64,000 nt of DNA. Origin: Asaia bogorensis. GTDB lineage: Bacteria; Pseudomonadota; Alphaproteobacteria; CACIAM-22H2. The position numbers and the translations under genes were made by a program. The stretch covers positions 2,066 to 66,065 of the forward strand of contig CAMDLT010000020.1 in the NCBI GenBank assembly GCA_945901855.1, given 5' to 3'. The notes beneath the pieces are model-generated. The model was not told the DNA's origin, did no database searches, and was given only the letters and a program-made list of their open reading frames with translations. How positions within the stretch are numbered: the stretch's first letter is position 1; the number at the start of each line of letters is the position of its first letter. Shown in pieces: positions 56,521 to 64,000 of the stretch.

Positions 56521-58179
56521 TCAAAAAATTCCGTCGATTTCGCCCGCTGGCGTCAGGCCGATGGCTTCGGCGGCGGGGATGCGCGGCAGGCCCGGCATGG
56601 TCATCACATCGCCTGCAAGCGCCACGATGAATCCCGCACCGGCCGATAGACGGATTTCGCGTACCGGCAAATCGTGGCCGGTGGGAGCGCCCTTCAACTC
56701 GGGATCGGCGGCAAACGAGTACTGGGTCTTGGCCATGCAGATAGGCAGATGCCCGAAACCCGCTTTTTCGAGCGCGGCCAGACGCTTTGCCGCAGCACCC
56801 GAAAAACTGACGGTGCCGGCACGATAGATCTCGCGTGCGATCGTCTCGATTTTTGCCTTCAGCGGCATCGCATCGGGATAGAGCGGCGCGTATTTTCCTG
56901 CACCTGCGTCGATCGCGGCGACGGCTGCGCGCGCGAGATCTTCCGCACCCGCGCCGCCCTTCGCCCAATGCTGCGCGCGAATGGCTTTTGTGCCGACTGT
57001 TGCGCACGCGGCTTCGATGGCGCGCCATTCGGCATCGGTATCGCTTGTGAAGGCGTTGATCGCGACCAAAACCGGCAAGCCGAATTTCTTCAAGTTTTCG
57101 ACGTGGCGCAAAAGATTGCCGAGGCCCCGTTCGACGGCCGCGACATCTTCGACGCCGAGCGCTTTTGAATCCGCGCCGCCCTGGAGCTTGAGCGCGCGCA
57201 CGGTCGCCACGACGACGGCCAGATCCGGCGACAGCCCGGCCTGACGGCATTTGATGTCGAGGAACTTCTCGGCGCCCAAATCGGCGCCGAAGCCCGCCTC
57301 GGTGACCGTGTAATCGGCGAGCCCGAGCGCCATTGTCGTTGCAATGGCGGAGTTGCAGCCGTGCGCGATGTTCGCAAACGGCCCGCCATGCACGAACACG
57401 GGATTGTTTTCGAGCGTTTGGACGAGATTGGGTTTGATCGCGTCTTTCAGCAACGCAGCCATTGCGCCCGCAGCTTTGAGGTCTGCGACCGTCACGAAGC
57501 TGCCGTCTTTGTTGTCGGCCACGACGATCCTGGCGAGACGCGCTTCAAGGTCCGCGGCGTCTTTGGCCAAGCACAAGATCGCCATCACTTCGGAGGCCGT
57601 CGTGATGTCGAAGCGCGTTTGGCGCGCGGCCCCGTTGCCGGTCCCGAGCCCTGCGACGATATCGCGCAAGGCGCGGTCGTTCATGTCCAGCACGCGCGGC
57701 CACGTCACGCGCTTGGGATCGATAGCTGGCGCCTTCGCCCAGTAGACATGGTTGTCGATCAACGCCGCGAGCAGATTGTGCGCCGAGCCGATTGCGTGGA
57801 TGTCGCCGGTGAAATGCAAGTTGATGTCGGCCATCGGCACGATCTGCGCGTAGCCGCCGCCGGTGGCTCCGCCTTTTTGGCCAAAGCAAGGGCCCAGCGA
57901 CGGTTCGCGCAGACAGATCGCGGTGCGCTTGCCGAGCCGGTTGAGCGCGTCGCCAAGCCCGATGGTCGTCGTCGTTTTGCCTTCCCCGGCTTTGGTGGGG
58001 TTGATCGCGGTGACGAGGATCAGCTTGCCGCGTTTTTTGGCGGCGGGAAGCGCCGCCAAATCGATTTTGGCTTTTGTCTTGCCGTAAAATTCGAGCGCCG
58101 CCTCGGGGATATCGAGTTTGGCGGCGACTGTTGCGAGCGGTGCGAGGGCGGCTTTGCGGGCAATCTCGATATCCGACAT
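56521..58179 (-). CDS. fhs: formate--tetrahydrofolate ligase
   Basis: 552 aa. Motif ..[20 protein letters not shown].. and collinear with FTHFS throughout. Confidence 0.9.
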   Translation of the reverse strand: MSDIEIARKAALAPLATVAAKLDIPEAALEFYGKTKAKIDLAALPAAKKRGKLILVTAINPTKAGEGKTTTTIGLGDALNRLGKRTAICLREPSLGPCFGQKGGATGGGYAQIVPMADINLHFTGDIHAIGSAHNLLAALIDNHVYWAKAPAIDPKRVTWPRVLDMNDRALRDIVAGLGTGNGAARQTRFDITTASEVMAILCLAKDAADLEARLARIVVADNKDGSFVTVADLKAAGAMAALLKDAIKPNLVQTLENNPVFVHGGPFANIAHGCNSAIATTMALGLADYTVTEAGFGADLGAEKFLDIKCRQAGLSPDLAVVVATVRALKLQGGADSKALGVEDVAAVERGLGNLLRHVENLKKFGLPVLVAINAFTSDTDAEWRAIEAACATVGTKAIRAQHWAKGGAGAEDLARAAVAAIDAGAGKYAPLYPDAMPLKAKIETIAREIYRAGTVSFSGAAAKRLAALEKAGFGHLPICMAKTQYSFAADPELKGAPTGHDLPVREIRLSAGAGFIVALAGDVMTMPGLPRIPAAEAIGLTPAGEIDGIF

Positions 58180-58180
58180 G

Positions 58181-59869
58181 TCAGCTTCCTTTGGCGGCCT
58201 GCCGCTTCAATGCGGCTTCGCGAATGGCGGTGATGGTCGTACGCGTCGTGATCATTTCGGGGTCGGTCTTGAGCTCGATGACGGCGGGAAGGTTGGACGC
58301 GAGCGCGCGCCGAAAGGCGGGCAAAAACGCTTCGCTCGTCTCGACCGTTTCGCCGTGGCATCCAAGCGCGCGTGCGAACGCGGCAAAGTCCGGGTTGACG
58401 AGGTCGGTGCCCACCACGCGGCCCGGATGTTCGCGTTCCTGGTGCATGCGGATGGTGCCGTAGGTGCGGTTGTTGAACACCAGCACGATGGGCGTTCCGC
58501 CGTGCTGACGCGCGGTCGCGATTTCCTGGCCCGCCATCATGAAGCCGCCGTCGCCCACGCATGCGACGACGATACGCCCCGGATGCACAAGCGAGGCTGC
58601 AACGGCGGCAGGCACCGAATAGCCCATCGCCCCCGAGGTGGGGCCGACGAGCCGCGCAGGGCGTTTGAACGTCAAATAGCGCTGCGGCCAGCCCGTGTGG
58701 TTGCCGGCATCGACAGTCACCGTGAAAGCCTCGGGCAATTCGCCCGCCAGGGCGCGCATGGCACGCCCCATATCGAGTGCGCCGTTATAGGGCGTGGGCT
58801 CGAGCGTGGCGACATAGTCGGCACGCGCCTGCGCGGTCCATGCGCTCCAAACCGGATTGGCGATCGGCTTGGCTGCGGCAGCGGCAAGCGCAAACGCCGA
58901 GCCGCTGGCCTGGATCGCCATGTCGGCATTGTAGACGCGACCGGTTTCTTCAGCCGATGGGTGGATATGGATCAGCTTCTGGCGCGTGCGGGGCGCATCG
59001 ACGATCGAATAGCCTTGCGTCGTCATTTCGCCGAGCCTCGCGCCGATGACAAGCAGCAGATCGGCATCCTTCGCGCGTTTGGCAAGCGCAGGCGAGGTGA
59101 CGGTGCCGTATTCGCCGACATAGGAGGCGCTGTCGTTGGCGCACGCATCCATGCGCCGGAAGCTGACGGCAACGGGCAGGGCGTTGGCCTCGGCGAATTT
59201 CTGCAAGGCAAGGCACCCTTCGTCGCTCCAGCACGAGCCGCCCGCGATAATCATCGGCCGCTCGGCGGTTGCCAGCAGCTTGAGCGCGTCTTGCACGGCC
59301 AATGTCGTCGGCGCGGCTTGCAGCGGGCGGTAGCGTGCGGCATCGGGCACGCTCGCGATTTCCGTCAGCATGTCTTCGGGCAAGGCCAGCACGACGGGGC
59401 CCGGCCTGCCCGAGGTCGCGACATGGAAGGCGCGCGCCATGTATTCGGGGATGCGGTCGGTGCGGTCGATCTGGGCCGCCCATTTTGCGACGGGGCCGAA
59501 CATCTGGCGGTAGTCGATTTCCTGGAAGGCCTCGCGGTCGGTTGCATCGCGCCCAACTTGGCCGACCAGCAAGATCATCGGCGTCGAATCTTGGAAGGCC
59601 GTGTGGACGCCAACGGCGGCGTGGCAGGCACCGGGACCGCGCGTCACCATCGCGATGCCGGGGCGGCCCGTAAGCTTGCCGTAGGCGTCGGCCATGTTGG
59701 CCGCGCCTGCCTCGTGGCGCGCATTGACGAGTTTGACTTGGCGGCTGTCGTGCAGCGCGTCGAGAACATCGAGGTAGCTTTCGCCGGGCACGCAAAACGC
59801 CATGTCTGTGCCGTGCAAAAGCAGTTGGTCGACCAAAATCCGGCCGCCGGAGCGCGCAACCAATTTCAT
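58181..59869 (-). CDS. thiamine-diphosphate-dependent enzyme (acetolactate-synthase-like large subunit family), specificity unknown
   Basis: 562 aa. The N-terminal Pyr domain (..[27 protein letters not shown]..) is combined with the C-terminal TPP motif GDGGFMM...NN. It ends 1 nt before the fhs start. Confidence 0.8.
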   Translation of the reverse strand: MKLVARSGGRILVDQLLLHGTDMAFCVPGESYLDVLDALHDSRQVKLVNARHEAGAANMADAYGKLTGRPGIAMVTRGPGACHAAVGVHTAFQDSTPMILLVGQVGRDATDREAFQEIDYRQMFGPVAKWAAQIDRTDRIPEYMARAFHVATSGRPGPVVLALPEDMLTEIASVPDAARYRPLQAAPTTLAVQDALKLLATAERPMIIAGGSCWSDEGCLALQKFAEANALPVAVSFRRMDACANDSASYVGEYGTVTSPALAKRAKDADLLLVIGARLGEMTTQGYSIVDAPRTRQKLIHIHPSAEETGRVYNADMAIQASGSAFALAAAAAKPIANPVWSAWTAQARADYVATLEPTPYNGALDMGRAMRALAGELPEAFTVTVDAGNHTGWPQRYLTFKRPARLVGPTSGAMGYSVPAAVAASLVHPGRIVVACVGDGGFMMAGQEIATARQHGGTPIVLVFNNRTYGTIRMHQEREHPGRVVGTDLVNPDFAAFARALGCHGETVETSEAFLPAFRRALASNLPAVIELKTDPEMITTRTTITAIREAALKRQAAKGS

Positions 59870-59935
59870 TTTTGTATCCCTACCGCCTTGGACGTTTCCT
59901 CGTGCGCAGTTAACGGCGGTACGGCGTTTGCGTCA

Positions 59936-60424
59936 ATGGACGAAGCCCGCGCCAAGGGCTATTCTTCGGGCATGAGCGATGTCCCGGACTGGATGTGGAA
60001 CGACGATCACAGCGCCTTTCGCGATTTGGTCGGTTACGGACCCATCGCATGGCGCGAGTTTTACGTCGAATTGGCGCTGACATTGGACGAGCGGCATCGC
60101 AATCGCTCGGGCGTGGCGCATGGGGGCGTCATCGCGACCTTGGCCGATGCGGCGGGCGGGTTTGCAGGCTGTTGGTGCCCGCATCCCGGGCGCATCCGGC
60201 GCGCGTCGACTTTGTCGCTGACCACGCATTTCGTGTCGGTTGCGCGCATGGGTCGGCGCTTGATCGCCAAGGGCTCGGCCAACCGCGGCGGCAAATCGAT
60301 TTTCTTCGCGACGATCGAGATGATCGACGATACGGGGCAACTTATCGCGACAGGCACGGGCGTCTACAAATACCGGCCCGGCAGCGAGTCCGCCGAAGGC
60401 GTGCCGCGCGATACGCCGGTCTAG
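59936..60424 (+). CDS. PaaI-family hotdog-fold thioesterase
   Basis: Trimmed from the 768-aa ORF to ATG 59936 (an alternative is 59972). Motif ..NRSGVAHGGVIATLADAAGG.. Confidence 0.7.
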   Translation: MDEARAKGYSSGMSDVPDWMWNDDHSAFRDLVGYGPIAWREFYVELALTLDERHRNRSGVAHGGVIATLADAAGGFAGCWCPHPGRIRRASTLSLTTHFVSVARMGRRLIAKGSANRGGKSIFFATIEMIDDTGQLIATGTGVYKYRPGSESAEGVPRDTPV

Positions 60425-60490
60425 CTGGCGTCTGGCGGGCGGGCGTATTTGCCCCTATAACGGTGTCGAATTTTGCCTCTTGGAGTGACC

Positions 60491-61648
60491 ATGGCCTTGC
60501 CGCTTGCGTTGCGCGAAAACTCGAAAAATCTGCTGGGTTCTTTGATCCGCGAAGTCTCCAAAGACGCGATGGAAAAACCGGGGCTGATCCCGCTATGGTT
60601 CGGCGAAGGCATCCGCACGGCTCCTGCGGCCGTCGTGGCGGCGGCCCACCAGGCGATCGACGCGGGCTACCAGCATTACGCCTCCAGCCTGGGCCGCCAG
60701 GAACTGCGCGTGGCGATCGCAAAATACGTCTCGCGCTTGCGTGGGGTTGCCGTCGATGCCGATCGCATCTGCGTGACCGCATCGGGCAATTCGGCGATCC
60801 AAATGGCGATGCAGCTGATCGTCGATCCGGGCGACAACGTCGTGTTTGCCGTGCCGCTGTGGCCCAATGCTGCCGACATGGTCCAGCATTTGAACGGCGA
60901 GGTTCGGCGCGTGGCGTTGGCGCACGACGATCGCGGATGGTCGCTCGATCTTGACCGACTGTTTGCCGCTTGCGACGCGCGCACGAAAGCTATCTTCCTC
61001 AACTCGCCCGGCAACCCGACCGGTTGGCTCGCGACGGCAGACGAACTCAAGGCCGTGGTCGAATTCTGCCGCAAGCGCGGCATTTGGGCGATCGGCGACG
61101 ACGTTTACGAGCGCATCGTTTATGATGGCGAAAAATCGCCCTCGTTGCTCGATTTTGCCGGCCCCGAAGACCCGGTGATGATCGTCAATTCGTTTTCGAA
61201 GGGCTGGTGCATGACCGGCTGGCGTTTGGGCTGGCTCGTCGCGCCGGCATCGGTCGTCGATACGCTCGGCAAGATCGTCGAATTCAATACGTCGGGTGCG
61301 ACGACCTTCGTGCAGCGCGCAGGGCTCGTCGCGCTCGAACAAGAAGACTTCGTGAAGACCATCAGAGCCGAATATGCGCAAGCCCGCGATATCGCGTTCC
61401 AGCGTTTGTCGGCGATGGGCCGCGTGCGGTTGACGCGCCCGAAGGCCGCATTCTATGCGTTCTTCTCGGTCGACGGCATGACCGACTCGGTCGCGATGTG
61501 CAAACGCTTCGTGCATGAAGCAAATGTTGGCTTGGCGCCCGGCCGTGCCTTTGGTGCCGAGGGCGAGGGCTATATCCGTCTGTGTTTTGCAACCGATCCG
61601 GGCAAGCTCAGCGAAGCCCTCGATCGAATCGAACCGATGCTGCGTTGA
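60491..61648 (+). CDS. class I/II PLP-dependent aminotransferase (aspartate aminotransferase-like)
   Basis: About 385 aa. Motifs ..Y....G...LR.AIA.., ..NSPGNPTG.., ..SFSKGWCMTGWRLG.. (PLP Lys). The start could be 60473. Confidence 0.85.
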   Translation: MALPLALRENSKNLLGSLIREVSKDAMEKPGLIPLWFGEGIRTAPAAVVAAAHQAIDAGYQHYASSLGRQELRVAIAKYVSRLRGVAVDADRICVTASGNSAIQMAMQLIVDPGDNVVFAVPLWPNAADMVQHLNGEVRRVALAHDDRGWSLDLDRLFAACDARTKAIFLNSPGNPTGWLATADELKAVVEFCRKRGIWAIGDDVYERIVYDGEKSPSLLDFAGPEDPVMIVNSFSKGWCMTGWRLGWLVAPASVVDTLGKIVEFNTSGATTFVQRAGLVALEQEDFVKTIRAEYAQARDIAFQRLSAMGRVRLTRPKAAFYAFFSVDGMTDSVAMCKRFVHEANVGLAPGRAFGAEGEGYIRLCFATDPGKLSEALDRIEPMLR

Positions 61649-61652
61649 GGGA

Positions 61653-62558
61653 ATGGCCATGACGGCGTTTGTCGGAATCGATTGGGGCACGACCAACTGC
61701 CGTGCCTACCGGTTGGACCAGGCCGGCTTCGTGCTGGAGCGGCGCACCGACGGCGCCGGCATCCTGACCGTGCGGAACAGCGATTTTTCGGCCGCCCTCA
61801 CGCGCATTGCGGGCGACTGGATCGAGGCAGCCGGCGATGCTGCCATTCTGATGTGCGGCATGATCGGGTCCGCGCAAGGCTGGGTCGAGGCGCCGTATTT
61901 GCCGGTGCCGACGACCGCTAAAGACATCGCGTCAAAACTTGCGGCAGTTGCCGACCCGCGGCGCCGCATCCTAATCGTGCCGGGTTTGCACGGGCGCGGC
62001 CCGGCCGGGCCGGATGTGATGCGGGGCGAGGAAACCCAGATCCTGGGCAGCGGCATTGCGGACGGCATCGTGTGTCTGCCCGGCACCCATTCGAAATGGG
62101 CCGTGATCGAGGGGGGGCGCATCGTGCGCTTCGCCACGTTCATGACCGGCGAAGTGTTCGGCGTCATGCGCCGCAATTCGATTTTGGGCCGTTTGATGAA
62201 CGACGCGCCGCACGATGCGGCAGCCTTTGCGGGCGGACTTGTGCGCGCGCAGACACCCGGCGGGCTGCTGCACCAGCTTTTTACGGTGCGCACGGCCGGG
62301 CTGTTGGAAGGTCTTGATCGCGATGCGGGCGCCAGTTTTCTGTCGGGCGTGCTCGTGGGCCAGGAAATCGAGGCTGCCAAGGCGCAGTTTGCTCCGGCCA
62401 GCGTGACGGTTGTCGGCAGCCACCCGCTGGCGCAGCATTACACGATCGCTCTCAATATCGCGGGCATTGCGGCGCATGCGGTGTCGGGCGACGACGCCGC
62501 CGCGCGCGGCCTCTACATTATTGCGCGCGAAGCCGGACTGGTGTCGTGCGGGTCCTGA
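61653..62558 (+). CDS. dgoK: 2-dehydro-3-deoxygalactonokinase
   Basis: Trimmed to ATG 61653. The N-terminal FVGIDWGTTNCRAY and PGTHSKW motifs are characteristic of DgoK. Confidence 0.8.
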   Translation: MAMTAFVGIDWGTTNCRAYRLDQAGFVLERRTDGAGILTVRNSDFSAALTRIAGDWIEAAGDAAILMCGMIGSAQGWVEAPYLPVPTTAKDIASKLAAVADPRRRILIVPGLHGRGPAGPDVMRGEETQILGSGIADGIVCLPGTHSKWAVIEGGRIVRFATFMTGEVFGVMRRNSILGRLMNDAPHDAAAFAGGLVRAQTPGGLLHQLFTVRTAGLLEGLDRDAGASFLSGVLVGQEIEAAKAQFAPASVTVVGSHPLAQHYTIALNIAGIAAHAVSGDDAAARGLYIIAREAGLVSCGS

Positions 62559-63586
62559 TCCCCGACGCGCAGTATCCGGGCTTGCCGGATATCGAAGCCG
62601 AAGCGCTGCCGGATGCGGAGTTCGTCGTGCATCGCGCGCGCGATCCCTTGCAGATACCCGACAGCGTTTGGTCGCGCGCCGACGGCGTGCTGCTGTGGCA
62701 GGACATGCCGATCGACCGCGCGGTCGTGGAGAAGCTCGCGCGCGCGCGCATCGTCGTGCGCCACGGCGTGGGTTTCGATCGCGTCGATCTGGCCGCGTGC
62801 GCGGATCGCGGCATTGTCGTGTGCAACACGCCCGACTACGGGACCGAAGAAGTGGCCAACCACGCAATGGCATTCGCGCTTGCGCTGCGCCGTGGCCTTG
62901 CAACGTATGGCGAGATGCTCGGCCTCGATCCGCAAGCGGGCTGGCGGTGGGACGCGCCGCCTTTGATGCGTCGGCTGTCGGGGCAAACCTTCGGCATCGT
63001 CGGCATGGGGCGCATCGGACGGGCCTGTGCCGCGCGGGCCGCCGCATTCGGCTTCAAGGTCGTCTATGTCGATCCGCTGCTGCGCGCGGACGCAGCCGCC
63101 AAGATTCCCTATCGCCGGGTCGAGGCGCTGTTCGACATGCTGGGCGAGGCCGACATCGTATCGATCCACTGCCCGCTGACCGCCGACACGCACGGTCTAT
63201 TCGGGCAGGGCGCTTTCGCGCGCATCAAAAAAGGTGCGATCCTGATCAACACGGCGCGCGGACCCATTGTCGATACGTCCGCGTTGCTTGCGGCCATCGA
63301 AGCGGGCCAGGTCGGCGGGGCGGGGCTCGATGTGCTGCCGCAAGAGCCGCCCGACCCCGACGATCCCTTGATCGCCGCCTATCGGTTGGCGCCGTCGTGG
63401 CTTGCGGGGCGGCTGCTGCTGAGCCCGCATGCGGCGTTCTACAGTCCCGAAAGCTGGCGCGATCTGCGTTTCAAGGCGGCGAGGACATTGGGCGAATATC
63501 TCAAGGAAAACCGGCTGCGAAATTGCGTGAACCGCCATTTTTTCGCGCAAGGCGCGTTGCCGGACGAAGCAGAAACCGAGATCTGA
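62546..63586 (+). CDS. D-isomer-specific 2-hydroxyacid dehydrogenase (CtBP-like)
   Basis: 346 aa with a GTG start that overlaps the dgoK 3' end by 13 nt. NAD motif GIVGMGRIGRA, then ..NTARGPIVD.. and ..SPHAAFYS.. (catalytic His). Confidence 0.85.
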   Translation: MRVLIPDAQYPGLPDIEAEALPDAEFVVHRARDPLQIPDSVWSRADGVLLWQDMPIDRAVVEKLARARIVVRHGVGFDRVDLAACADRGIVVCNTPDYGTEEVANHAMAFALALRRGLATYGEMLGLDPQAGWRWDAPPLMRRLSGQTFGIVGMGRIGRACAARAAAFGFKVVYVDPLLRADAAAKIPYRRVEALFDMLGEADIVSIHCPLTADTHGLFGQGAFARIKKGAILINTARGPIVDTSALLAAIEAGQVGGAGLDVLPQEPPDPDDPLIAAYRLAPSWLAGRLLLSPHAAFYSPESWRDLRFKAARTLGEYLKENRLRNCVNRHFFAQGALPDEAETEI

Positions 63587-63599
63587 GGGAGAAGTCTTC

Positions 63600-64000
63600 A
63601 TGCGAGTCGTGATTACGGGCGGAACAGGAATGCTCGGCAAAAAGCTTGCGGCGGCGCTTTTGAAGCGCGGCACGCTGATCGATCGCGCCGGGCAACCGCG
63701 CGACATTTCGAAGATCGTCTTGTTCGACGTGGCCGAGGCGCCGGGCATTCCGGTCGACAAGCGTATCGAGGTCGTCCTCGGCGCGGTGGACGACCGCAAA
63801 CAGATCGACGCGCTGATTGCGCCCGACACGGGCGCCGTCTTCCATCTGGCCGGCGTGGTGAGTTCGGGCGCCGAACGCGATTTCGATTTGGGCTACCGCG
63901 TCAATCTCGACGGCACGCGCGAAGTGCTCGAAGCCGCGCGGCGACTGCCGCAACCGATCAAACTTGTGTTCGCATCGTCGCTCGCATGCTACGGCGGCGA
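63600..64000 (+). CDS. NAD-dependent epimerase/dehydratase family protein (3' end outside window)
   Basis: ATG 63600. The N-terminus is MRVVITGGTGMLGKKLAAALLKRG.. (Rossmann). The frame is open to the window end and is absent from the ORF track because it has no stop. Confidence 0.75.
   Translation, partial: MRVVITGGTGMLGKKLAAALLKRGTLIDRAGQPRDISKIVLFDVAEAPGIPVDKRIEVVLGAVDDRKQIDALIAPDTGAVFHLAGVVSSGAERDFDLGYRVNLDGTREVLEAARRLPQPIKLVFASSLACYGG

Overview
High-GC bacterial chromosome segment. The organism is probably an alphaproteobacterium, because it encodes a C4-pathway 5-aminolevulinate synthase, but the taxon cannot be fixed from sequence alone. I support about 62 protein-coding genes, most of them tightly packed and many translationally coupled by ATGA-type overlaps. 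I found no rRNA, tRNA, CRISPR array, transposase or integrase. Many very long ORFs in the six-frame track (for example 5439-9218, 10524-13796 and 51586-54360) are GC-driven read-through artefacts. I trimmed these to the internal start that has an RBS and signal-peptide context. Contents in order: (1) beta-ketoadipate genes (pcaG | pcaB-pcaL-pobA) split by a ~12 kb acid-sugar block containing gudD, udh, a GntR regulator, an ABC importer, two more enolase-superfamily genes and an RraA-like aldolase. (2) A secreted esterase, an SDR and a secreted Serratia-type nuclease preceded by a very AT-rich spacer. (3) A sulfur block with fccAB (soxEF-like), YeeE/TusA and an orphan NMT1-type binding protein. 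(4) A visibly less GC-rich block (~25.6-30.1 kb) of uncharacterised genes around an orphan CheZ-family phosphatase. This is my best candidate for something undescribed. (5) A tight minus-strand operon of class-III aminotransferase, ALA synthase, GS-like ligase and Fe-ADH. (6) Two more Dpp/Opp-type ABC systems, one of them without ATPases. (7) Housekeeping and catabolic genes: pyrE, manC, threonine dehydratase, fhs, an IlvD-family dehydratase, dgoK and others. All functional calls come from motif and family recognition by eye. No database search was possible.
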